From Peptostreptococcaceae bacterium (GTDB taxonomy: Bacteria; Bacillota; Clostridia; Peptostreptococcales; BM714), in assembly GCA_016649995.1 (NCBI GenBank), contig JAENWJ010000001.1, positions 41,460 through 105,459 on the forward strand: 64,000 bases of DNA, given 5' to 3'. Of this stretch, positions 31,318 through 39,398 are shown one piece after another (position 1 is the first letter of the stretch; each line of letters begins with the position of its first letter). A program made the position numbers and the translations under genes. The notes under the pieces are model-generated. The model was given only the letters and a program-made list of their open reading frames with translations. It was not told where the DNA came from and did not search any database.

Positions 31318-33180
31318 ATGCATGCAATAAAAAAACTTGATGAAGCCTTAATAGCAAAAATCGCTGCGGGAGAGGTAGTAGAAAATCCCGCATCCATAGT
31401 TAAGGAGCTGCTTGAAAACTCAATTGATGCAGGAGCGGATTCCATAACAATAGAAATAGAAAAAGCAGGCAAGAAGCTTATTAGGGTAACTGATAATGGC
31501 TCGGGTATACCGGGGAATGATCTTAATTTGGCTTTTGAAAGGCATGCCACAAGCAAGCTTTTCGAAGAAAGAGATCTCTTTGAAATAAAAAGTCTTGGTT
31601 TCAGGGGCGAGGCTTTGGCAAGCATAGCTGCAGTTTCGAATATGGAAATAATAACAAAGACGCGTCAAAGCACAGTAGGAAAAAGAGCCTTAATGAAAAA
31701 TGGTGGATTACTTGAGATTGGAGACATAGGAACAATAGATGGAACCACCGTAATCTGTAAAAGTATATTTTCAAAGATTCCGGCAAGGCTTAAATTCCTC
31801 AAATCAGATACTATTGAATCCAATAATATAATCGATGTAGTAAATCACTTGGCGTCTGCGCAACACCATATTTCATTCCGTTTGATTTCGGACAAGAAGC
31901 ATTTATATACGACCCCTGGAAATAGGAACCTCCAGGACACTATTTATTCAATATATGGGAAGAAAATTGCAAATAATCTTGCGCGGATAGACCATTTCCA
32001 CAAGGACATGCATATTCATGGTCTTGTTTCAAATCTTCAAAACAGCCACTCCAACAGGAATTTGCAATCAATCTATGTAAACAGAAGATGGATTAAGAGT
32101 GCTCTTATATCAGAACTTTTAAACGGTGCTTTTTTTCATATTCTTGAAAAAAGAAGGTATCCCATAGCATTTCTTTTTTTGGAAATACATCCATCATCCA
32201 TAGATATAAACATTAGCCCAAACAAAACTGAAATCAAATTCAAGGATGAAGAACCACTTCGGGAGTTATTCCGCTCAGCATTTTCCGAGCTGATAAATAA
32301 TCATTCATGGATTGGGGAGGAAACTATATGGCCAAAACCCAATGCTTTTGCAAGAGGGAATCTCGAAAAACAAACGCTTGGCAATGCAATTGTCAATTCT
32401 CCTGAGTCTTCAAATCATTTTTTGGAAACTGACGCCCCTTATTTGGCAAAGGATCTTGAAAAGGTAGAAGGTAAAAATGAAAGCGAAGTGCAAACGGCTT
32501 TTGAAACGATTCTTGGAAACATCGCAGCTGAGCAGAGTCTGCCTCAAAGAAATAATCATTATTTGAAAACGCAACCATCTAGGAATATGAATTTTTTCAA
32601 AAGCTTAAAGATAATAGGCCAAATCTTCAATTCATATATTATTTGCGAAGACGCGTTAGCGGGTGAAATGATACTCATTGACCAACATGCCGCCCATGAA
32701 AAGGTGATTTATGAAACATTCAAAAGTCAATTGAAGGACAAATCAATTCCATCACAAGTACTCTTGGAGCCGTACATTTTAAACATGTCGGAAACAGAAA
32801 AAAATCTGCTGATTGAATCGAAAAGTGCACTTTTTTTAATTGGATTTTCAATTGAAGATTTTGGTCCGAATGTACTTTTGGTACGCGAAATACCGTCGAT
32901 TTTTAATATGCGTACAGCGATTGCTTTCCTTGAAGAATTGAAAAATATGCTTTTAAAAACTACTTACATCGATTCTATGAAATCGGATGAAATGATTTAT
33001 TCTATAGCTGTGCGTGCCTGCCACGCAGCAATCAAGGCCAATGACAGACTCGAAAATATTGAAATAATGACTCTTCTTGCAAATATGGATAATCTAGAGA
33101 ATCCATATACCTGTCCACATGGACGCCCGACTGTCGTTCGGATAAGCATAACGGAAATCGGGAAATATTTTAACAGATAA
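31318..33180 (+). CDS. mutL: DNA mismatch repair protein MutL
   Basis: GHKL ATPase N-terminus (IAAGEVVENPASIVKELLENSIDAG) and the DQHAAHEKVIYE endonuclease motif. Start at ATG 31318. Confidence 0.95.
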   Translation: MHAIKKLDEALIAKIAAGEVVENPASIVKELLENSIDAGADSITIEIEKAGKKLIRVTDNGSGIPGNDLNLAFERHATSKLFEERDLFEIKSLGFRGEALASIAAVSNMEIITKTRQSTVGKRALMKNGGLLEIGDIGTIDGTTVICKSIFSKIPARLKFLKSDTIESNNIIDVVNHLASAQHHISFRLISDKKHLYTTPGNRNLQDTIYSIYGKKIANNLARIDHFHKDMHIHGLVSNLQNSHSNRNLQSIYVNRRWIKSALISELLNGAFFHILEKRRYPIAFLFLEIHPSSIDINISPNKTEIKFKDEEPLRELFRSAFSELINNHSWIGEETIWPKPNAFARGNLEKQTLGNAIVNSPESSNHFLETDAPYLAKDLEKVEGKNESEVQTAFETILGNIAAEQSLPQRNNHYLKTQPSRNMNFFKSLKIIGQIFNSYIICEDALAGEMILIDQHAAHEKVIYETFKSQLKDKSIPSQVLLEPYILNMSETEKNLLIESKSALFLIGFSIEDFGPNVLLVREIPSIFNMRTAIAFLEELKNMLLKTTYIDSMKSDEMIYSIAVRACHAAIKANDRLENIEIMTLLANMDNLENPYTCPHGRPTVVRISITEIGKYFNR

Positions 33181-33201
33181 AAAATGAAGGGAGCCATTTT
33201 G

Positions 33202-34137
33202 ATGAACAAAATTATCATCATAGCAGGACCTACAGCAGTGGGAAAAACCGGCTATGCTATAGAATTGGCCGAGGCTTTTGAAACAGAAATAATCTCTGCC
33301 GATTCAATGCAGGTATATAAATATATGGACATAGGTACAGCCAAACCTACAATAGATGAGCTAAGTAGAGTTAAGCACCACATGATTGATGTAGCCGATC
33401 CACTTGAAAACGATTATTCTGTTGCCTTATACAAGGAACAAGCGGAAAAAGCAATCCGCAATTTGCATGAAAACGGAAAAATTCCGGTTATTGCAGGCGG
33501 CACTGGGCTCTACATTAGTTCGTTGATCTATAATATGGATTTTTCAAATGCAACATTTGATCAGGAATACAGGAATAATCTTCTGAAGCTTAATGAAGAG
33601 AAAGGAAGCACATATCTTCACGCTCTTCTAAAGAAAATAGATCCTGATTCTGCGGAAATCATACACCCTAACAATTTTAAAAGGGTGATACGGGCGCTTG
33701 AGGTGCATCGCAGCACAGGTTCCACAATAAAGAAATTCGCAAAAGATCTGTATCCTAGTCCAAAATATGACGTATTATTATTTTGTTTGCATAGAGAGAG
33801 AAATCTGTTGTATGATAGAATAAACTTAAGGGTAGAAATAATGATGGAAGCTGGGCTTGTCGATGAAGTTGTCCGATTGACTGAAATTGGACTTGACGAG
33901 AATCATAAAGCAATGAAGGGGATTGGATACAAGGAAGTACTTGAACACTTGTCGTGGAAAATAGATAAAGAAGAGATGATTTATAGAATTAAGTTAAATT
34001 CAAGACATTATGCAAAACGACAGCTGACTTGGCTGAGAAGATATAGAGAAGCTGTTTGGATTGATGCAAACGGCTCGGAAGAAGAAATTTTAAATAATTT
34101 GTTGATAAAGACAAAAGATTTTGTCAGACAAACATAA
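33202..34137 (+). CDS. miaA: tRNA dimethylallyltransferase
   Basis: P-loop GPTAVGKT and SADSMQVYKYMDIGTAKP. Confidence 0.95.
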   Translation: MNKIIIIAGPTAVGKTGYAIELAEAFETEIISADSMQVYKYMDIGTAKPTIDELSRVKHHMIDVADPLENDYSVALYKEQAEKAIRNLHENGKIPVIAGGTGLYISSLIYNMDFSNATFDQEYRNNLLKLNEEKGSTYLHALLKKIDPDSAEIIHPNNFKRVIRALEVHRSTGSTIKKFAKDLYPSPKYDVLLFCLHRERNLLYDRINLRVEIMMEAGLVDEVVRLTEIGLDENHKAMKGIGYKEVLEHLSWKIDKEEMIYRIKLNSRHYAKRQLTWLRRYREAVWIDANGSEEEILNNLLIKTKDFVRQT

Positions 34138-34160
34138 ATTAAAGGGGGATATGAATCATC

Positions 34161-34409
34161 ATGAAAAACGTACTTAATTTGCAGGATATTATACTCAATC
34201 AGTCCAGAAAAGACAAGATACTTCTTACTATTTTCCTTACAAACGGTTTCCAGTTAAAAGGCTATGTGAAAGGATTCGACCTCTATACAATCGTCATAGA
34301 AAATGACGGAAGCCAGCAAATGATCTACAAGCATGCCATTTCCACAATAATTCCGTCAAAGCGTGTGAACATAAACCAATTCATTAATACGGATTCTGAG
34401 GAAGAGTAG
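34161..34409 (+). CDS. hfq: RNA chaperone Hfq
   Basis: Sm1/Sm2 pattern [20 protein letters not shown]...YKHAISTI. Confidence 0.94.
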   Translation: MKNVLNLQDIILNQSRKDKILLTIFLTNGFQLKGYVKGFDLYTIVIENDGSQQMIYKHAISTIIPSKRVNINQFINTDSEEE

Positions 34410-34487
34410 TTTGCCTTGATAGGAATGCAACAATTTAAGTAATGCAAAATTTTAAATAAGATTAAAAGAAAAGACTTGCGGCAATTC

Positions 34488-34518
34488 CGGACGGCGTAAA
34501 TGCCGTTCGTTTTTTTTT
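34488..34518 (+). terminator. rho-independent terminator after hfq
   Basis: CGGACGGC-GTAAAT-GCCGTTCG followed by T9. Confidence 0.8.
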
Positions 34519-34526
34519 GAAAGCGG

Positions 34527-35828
34527 GTGAAAGAAGTGCCAATAAATGAACCCCCCCCCGAAACTCTTTTCGGAATTGGGGAAAATGTGTTGAATTTTGT
34601 TAAAAAATGCGAAAAAGAAATAAAAAGCAATTTTGAAATGCTTGCAGATACAAGGGCCTACAATCAATATAAGGTTCTTCTTGCTATGCAGGAAAACCGT
34701 CTAAGCGATACTGATTTCACTTGGAACAGCGGATATGGCTACAATGAAAAGGGAAGGGACACCCTCGAAAGAATTTACTCCGATGTTTTCCGCACGGAAG
34801 ATTCACTTGTTCGACCCATTATCGTCAATGGTACTCATGCGATTTCCCTATGCCTTACTGGAACGCTCCGGCCGGGCGATCAAATGCTTTCTGTTACCGG
34901 TCTACCATATGACACAATAAGAACATTGATAGGAATTAACGGTTCACAGCCATCCACACTTTCAGAAATAGGGATTGAATATAAGCAGGTTGATTTGACT
35001 CCGGGTGGTGAATTTGATTACGATGCAATACAAAAAGCACTTGAATCGAATCCAAAGATGATTTATGTCCAGCGATCAACAGGCTATGATTGGCGGAAAG
35101 CCATTAGTATAAATAAGATGAAAGCTTTATCCGATTTTGTAAGGCTAAAAGTCCCTGAAGCTATTCTGATGGTTGACAATTGCTATGGCGAATTTTTGGA
35201 AAAGAAAGAACCTACTGAAATTGGCTTTGATTTGGCAGCTGGTTCACTTATCAAGAATCCCGGTGGCGGATTGGCAATGACCGGTGGATATATAGTTGGA
35301 AAAAGCAAGCTGATTGAGCTCATATCACATAAAATGACGTCTCCCGGAATTGGGAAGGAATGTGGATTGTCTTTTGGAATGAACCGTCATTTTTTCCAAG
35401 GCTTATTCATGGCTCCACATACGGTAACAGAGGCTTTGAAGGGCGCTTTGCTTTGCGCCTGCATGTTTGAAAAACTTGGTTTTGAAACATATCCGGGGCT
35501 TTCCGATGAGCGGAGCGATATAATCCAGGCCGTCAAGCTAAATACTAAGGAAGCCGTAATTTGCTTTTGCGAAGCTATACAGGCATCCTCGCCTGTCGAT
35601 TCGTATGTCCGCCCTATTCCATGGGATATGCCGGGGTATGAAACTCAGGTGATAATGGCCGCTGGGACATTCGTGCAGGGTTCATCAATCGAACTGAGTG
35701 CTGATTCCCCTCTTACGCCTCCATATATCGCTTATTTCCAGGGAGGTCTCACCTATGATCATGCTCGGATAGGCTTGATGAAGGCTCTACAAAATCTGAT
35801 TGAAAAAGGGCATTTGTCCATAGAATAA
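34527..35828 (+). CDS. YnbB / 'aluminium resistance' family PLP-dependent protein (Cys/Met-metabolism fold)
   Basis: 433 aa with KVLLAMQENRLSDTDF...SGYGYNEKGRDTLE. The start codon is uncertain (GTG 34527 in the track), and a C9 run sits at codons 9-11. Confidence 0.8.
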   Translation: MKEVPINEPPPETLFGIGENVLNFVKKCEKEIKSNFEMLADTRAYNQYKVLLAMQENRLSDTDFTWNSGYGYNEKGRDTLERIYSDVFRTEDSLVRPIIVNGTHAISLCLTGTLRPGDQMLSVTGLPYDTIRTLIGINGSQPSTLSEIGIEYKQVDLTPGGEFDYDAIQKALESNPKMIYVQRSTGYDWRKAISINKMKALSDFVRLKVPEAILMVDNCYGEFLEKKEPTEIGFDLAAGSLIKNPGGGLAMTGGYIVGKSKLIELISHKMTSPGIGKECGLSFGMNRHFFQGLFMAPHTVTEALKGALLCACMFEKLGFETYPGLSDERSDIIQAVKLNTKEAVICFCEAIQASSPVDSYVRPIPWDMPGYETQVIMAAGTFVQGSSIELSADSPLTPPYIAYFQGGLTYDHARIGLMKALQNLIEKGHLSIE

Positions 35829-35850
35829 AAAACTTGTAATTATGCTAAAA

Positions 35851-35879
35851 AGCCCATGCATTTGTAAACTGCATGGGCT
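35851..35879. terminator. bidirectional terminator at the convergence point (ynbB-like / lexA)
   Basis: AGCCCATGCA-TTTGTAAAC-TGCATGGGCT flanked by A/T runs. Confidence 0.75.
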
Positions 35880-35894
35880 AAATATTGTGATATT

Positions 35895-36518
35895 TTACAT
35901 AAACCTAAATACGCCTTTAATTTGTCCTAGAACCATTAAATCATCTGTTACAATTATAGGATTCATTGAACTGTTCTCAGGCTGAAGCCTTATATGGTCT
36001 TTTTCTCTGTAGAATGTTTTTACTGTAGCGGAATCGTCTAAAAGCGCAACGACCATGTCTCCATTCTCAGCATCGTGTTTTTGTTTTACCAAGACATAAT
36101 CTTGGTCATGTATGCCTGCTTCAATCATACTGTCTCCGCTTATTCTAAGCATGAAGTAAGTTCCATCTTTCGAAAATTGTTCAGGAATAGGAAAATGGAA
36201 ATCAATATTTTCAACAGCCAAAATGGGTGTGCCGGCTGCGACTGAACCTACAACTGGAACCATTACGACGCCTTCTTTTCCCTTGCCTTGAATGTTCAGC
36301 TTTTGATCATTAAGCTCTATTGCTCTAGTTTTGGTTGCATCCCTCTTTATATATCCCAACTTCTGAAGAGTAACTAAATGATTGTGAACAGAAGAAGTGG
36401 ACTTCAATCCGACAGCTTTGCAAATTTCCCTGACTGAAGGCGGATACCCTTTTTTATTTACCTCTTCAACAATGAATTCTATGATGTTGACCTGCTTGAC
36501 TGTCAAATCCTGATACAT
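35895..36518 (-). CDS. lexA: LexA repressor
   Basis: Winged-HTH N-terminus, VAAG cleavage site, S24 peptidase Ser (GDSM) and Lys. Start at ATG 36518 after GAGGGAGG. Confidence 0.94.
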   Translation of the reverse strand: MYQDLTVKQVNIIEFIVEEVNKKGYPPSVREICKAVGLKSTSSVHNHLVTLQKLGYIKRDATKTRAIELNDQKLNIQGKGKEGVVMVPVVGSVAAGTPILAVENIDFHFPIPEQFSKDGTYFMLRISGDSMIEAGIHDQDYVLVKQKHDAENGDMVVALLDDSATVKTFYREKDHIRLQPENSSMNPIIVTDDLMVLGQIKGVFRFM

Positions 36519-36578
36519 AAACTGCGCCTCCCTCAAAGATTTACTTCTTTGATTATAACACATAAAACAATCCATATG

Positions 36579-36592
36579 CAAACATAGGTTCG
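36579..36592. promoter_or_regulatory. SOS (Cheo-type) box upstream of lexA
   Basis: The minus strand reads CGAACCTATGTTTG, which matches CGAAC-N4-GTTCG with one mismatch. It sits between the recombinase stop and the lexA start. Confidence 0.7.
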
Positions 36593-36593
36593 A

Positions 36594-37706
36594 TTAATCG
36601 TTTTCAAGCCATTCAAAATTCTTGATAATTTCGCGTTTTTGATCTCTTTTGTGGGCTGAATACAATTGTGTGGTAGTGACATTGTCATGGTCTAGTAAAT
36701 TTTTCACATCGTAGATGGAAAAGCCTTCCTCAATCAATGATGTCGCAGCGGTTGCTCTAAGCTTGTGCGGACTGTATCCGTTTTCCTTGGTCGTTCCTAA
36801 AGCGATAGCTGTATATTTTTTTACGATATCCCTTATTGCCCTTTGAGTAAGGCGTTTTTTTTGCATAGAGAGAAGAAGTGCGTCTTCCCCTTTGGATGCG
36901 TACCGGCTCCGTTCAATATTAAGGTAGTCTGTAAATGCGCCCTCAACCGACTTGTTTATTGGCATTGCCGATTCTTTGCCTCTTTTTCTGTAAATAAGGA
37001 ATTCTCCGCGGCTTAAATTGAAAGATGAAATATTTAATTGCTGAAGCTCCATAAGACGCAGTCCATATGTTGTGAACAAAAGCAGTATCAGCATATCCCT
37101 GTGCCTTGTTTTTTCCCAATATACCATTTCTTTTTCAGTTAAACCTTTTCCACTTGCTACACAGTCGAACATTATGCGAACCTCGGCTATATCAAGCCTC
37201 TTAATCGCATCAGGTTGCGGTTTTGGCAACTTTATCGGGTTGAAAGCATCAGTTATATTGCTAGGCATAATTTCTTCGCGATATAGGAATTTAAAAAGCA
37301 CGCTTAATGATGATTTTTTCCTTGATAGCGATCGATTATGGTTTTCCATAATTATTGACTGTTTTCCCTGTTCAATTAGATATCTTGAACAATATCCACC
37401 AATATATCGATTGACATCCTTTGCCGTTATGCTTTTAATGTCATCTATGGGAATCTCTCGGATTGAAGAAGCCGAAGAAAGAGGACTTTCGCTTATCATA
37501 TAGTTAAGGAAAAATTTTAAATCAAGCAAATAGGCAAGCCGTGTAGAAATTGCAACCGAACTCTGGAGATACAAAAAATAATCGTATAAATAGTCTGGAA
37601 GAAGTTTTTCGAGTTCCAGGCATTCCTGAATAATGCCATGTTCATAGGCGACCACGTTGGTAGGTTTCGACGATTTATTGTGAACCTTTAGAATTTTGTT
37701 TAACAT
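36594..37706 (-). CDS. tyrosine site-specific recombinase, XerS/XerH-sized (370 aa)
   Basis: C-terminal catalytic pattern: GLRLMEL (Arg), HKLRATAATSL (HxxR) and LDHDNVTTTQLYSAH (Tyr). An extended N-terminal domain makes it longer than the ~300-aa XerC/D. AT-rich like the host, and it lies outside the island repeats. Confidence 0.85.
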   Translation of the reverse strand: MLNKILKVHNKSSKPTNVVAYEHGIIQECLELEKLLPDYLYDYFLYLQSSVAISTRLAYLLDLKFFLNYMISESPLSSASSIREIPIDDIKSITAKDVNRYIGGYCSRYLIEQGKQSIIMENHNRSLSRKKSSLSVLFKFLYREEIMPSNITDAFNPIKLPKPQPDAIKRLDIAEVRIMFDCVASGKGLTEKEMVYWEKTRHRDMLILLLFTTYGLRLMELQQLNISSFNLSRGEFLIYRKRGKESAMPINKSVEGAFTDYLNIERSRYASKGEDALLLSMQKKRLTQRAIRDIVKKYTAIALGTTKENGYSPHKLRATAATSLIEEGFSIYDVKNLLDHDNVTTTQLYSAHKRDQKREIIKNFEWLEND

Positions 37707-37725
37707 GAATAATTTCCCCCTTATT

Positions 37726-37750
37726 AACTATTCCCTAAATATACAATTAA
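37726..37750. repeat. left copy of the island-bounding direct repeat (attL-like)
   Basis: AACTATTCCCTAAATATACAATTAA versus AACTATACCCTAAATATACATTTAA at 45937-45961. 23/25 positions are identical, with a 13-bp perfect core CCCTAAATATACA. Confidence 0.75.
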
Positions 37751-37860
37751 TATTCAGTAGGTTACCTTTTACAATACTGTTATATTGTGGTACAGAGTCG
37801 TCGCGGAATGTGTGACGCTCTTAGTATATTTTAGGAATAGTTGAATGTCAATAAAACTCA

Positions 37861-37916
37861 AAAACTCTCCTACTACGTAAGATAAGCATCTTGCGGAGTA
37901 GGGGAGTTTTTTTTAT
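37861..37916 (+). promoter_or_regulatory. stem-loop plus T8 immediately upstream of rep, with the RBS inside the 3' arm
   Basis: AAAACTCTCCTACT (37861-37874) pairs with AGTAGGGGAGTTTT (37897-37910), 13 of 14 positions plus one G-T pair, across a 22-nt loop. T-run follows, then the rep ATG at 37917. Confidence 0.45.
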
Positions 37917-39026
37917 ATGCGTAAAAAGGGACGGACGAAGAAGAAGGACCAAAAGAAGCTTAGCGACTGCATGGCCATGTCGGAGCAAAAAGAGTTTATC
38001 AATTCCAAAATTGGAGACCAGGAGCTACAAATTCCTTGTTGTCTTGAAAGCCCAAAGGGCTTATATAGATTAATTCCGACAAGAATGCAGGACCATCTCC
38101 AAAACCCTTCCAAATACGAGTACTTGGCTTGCTACACAAAATTTGGAAAATTGGACTATCACCCGTACAACTTGGACAATTTCGAAGCTATACTGATGAA
38201 CAACTTCACGCAGTCGGTGGCGCTCATAGATTCAACGCAGATCCTTTTACAAAACGAATTGACTGGAGAATATAAAGTCGTTCAACCTCGGGAATCTTGC
38301 CGCTACTTTGAAAAAGGCCGGAAGAAAATCAAGAAAAAAATATATAAACGCCTGGGGCATAACAAAAACCAAAAGGGAATATTTCTGACGGTGACGTATG
38401 ATCCTAAAATTACGAGCCGGTACAAGGCATGGGAGAGCGTGGGGAAAGATATTTCAAAACTGTTGGAAGCAATGAATAAGCAGCGCAAACGGAATCGAGG
38501 GATTAAAGAGCGCCTAACTTATTTATGGGTGATAGAAGAGCAGCAGAACACCGGCTGGCCACATGTTCATTTTTTCTTTCCAGGGATCAAGTCTTTGCTA
38601 GGGTTTAGAAAAATCAAACAACTGTGGGGGAAAGGGACGGTGGAAGTACATAGCGACAAGAGTTGCAAGGTTGCAAGCTATGTCACAAAATACATAACGA
38701 AAATGTCGGGCTTCTCGCTTTTGGGCTTGGCTCACATGTGGCATAACAAACGCAGGCTTTATGGCTTTTCGAGATCCTTTGCAGTGAAAACACCGAAGGA
38801 AGAAAAACAAAGTTACAAACTTGTGGGCATGTCAAACAACAAGATGGGCTTCGGGAAATGGGACTGTGAGTTTAAAGAATATACATGGCTTGGCACTGTG
38901 GTGTGGGAATGGCTGCTTGGAGAAAACGCAGCATTCGAGGACCCAGGAGGGAAAGATCTCCTGCTAGAAAACAATAATTTCATAATGAAAGCAAACTTGA
39001 AAGAAGAAGAGGAGGACTGGTTTTAA
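37917..39026 (+). CDS. HUH-superfamily rolling-circle replication initiator
   Basis: Motif 1 GIFLTVTYD (38376-38402), motif 2 HVHFFF (38562-38579) and motif 3 YVTKYITK with two Tyr spaced as in phiX174-type Reps (38679-38702). Confidence 0.8.
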   Translation: MRKKGRTKKKDQKKLSDCMAMSEQKEFINSKIGDQELQIPCCLESPKGLYRLIPTRMQDHLQNPSKYEYLACYTKFGKLDYHPYNLDNFEAILMNNFTQSVALIDSTQILLQNELTGEYKVVQPRESCRYFEKGRKKIKKKIYKRLGHNKNQKGIFLTVTYDPKITSRYKAWESVGKDISKLLEAMNKQRKRNRGIKERLTYLWVIEEQQNTGWPHVHFFFPGIKSLLGFRKIKQLWGKGTVEVHSDKSCKVASYVTKYITKMSGFSLLGLAHMWHNKRRLYGFSRSFAVKTPKEEKQSYKLVGMSNNKMGFGKWDCEFKEYTWLGTVVWEWLLGENAAFEDPGGKDLLLENNNFIMKANLKEEEEDWF

Positions 39027-39247
39027 TGATAGATCCATTTATGCTTGTGGTGCTTTTACTCATACAGGTGGTTTTTCAATGGGGCATTGCGTTTCTTTTC
39101 ATTGTGCTCATTAAAAAATATCTAGGGAAATCAATCAAGAAAGGGGTTGGAAGTGTTGGAGAATCAATCAAGGATAGGCTCGGAAGCATACAACAATCTT
39201 TTGCAGGGAGCGACGATAGCAAAGTTCCGGAAGATCCTGTGGAATGA
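39026..39247 (+). CDS. small membrane protein
   Basis: 73 aa. The ATG overlaps the rep stop (TAATG). N-terminal ~30 residues are hydrophobic (FMLVVLLLIQVVFQWGIAFLFIVLI). Confidence 0.55.
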   Translation: MIDPFMLVVLLLIQVVFQWGIAFLFIVLIKKYLGKSIKKGVGSVGESIKDRLGSIQQSFAGSDDSKVPEDPVE

Positions 39248-39398
39248 CATCGACCCGACCGTGGCGGTGATGAAGATATGCCGGACGTTCAATAAACAAA
39301 AGTTATTGCAGAAAAACAAAAACAAAGAAATGGTGATTGCTAACCTGCGGGCTTTTTATCAAGCTCGCTTGGACGAATTGGAAGGGGTGAACCTATGA
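39153..39398 (+). CDS. hypothetical protein (overlapping frame; start uncertain)
   Basis: Its stop overlaps the next ATG (ATGA coupling). GTG 39153 lies 6 nt after AAGGGG. It overlaps the 3' end of the preceding ORF by ~95 nt; an alternative start is ATG 39270. Confidence 0.35.
   Translation: MLENQSRIGSEAYNNLLQGATIAKFRKILWNDIDPTVAVMKICRTFNKQKLLQKNKNKEMVIANLRAFYQARLDELEGVNL

Noticed and set aside
36594-37706. Recombinase as the island's own integrase
   Set aside because: It lies outside the 25-bp repeats, is AT-rich like the host, and is transcribed with host neighbours. It is treated as host-encoded. The rejection is provisional, since a larger element with an unrecognised left boundary cannot be excluded without comparative data.
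37751-37916. LexA (SOS) box in the island control regions (also 45731-45936)
   Set aside because: No GAAC-N4-GTTC-like sequence was seen by eye in either non-coding end.
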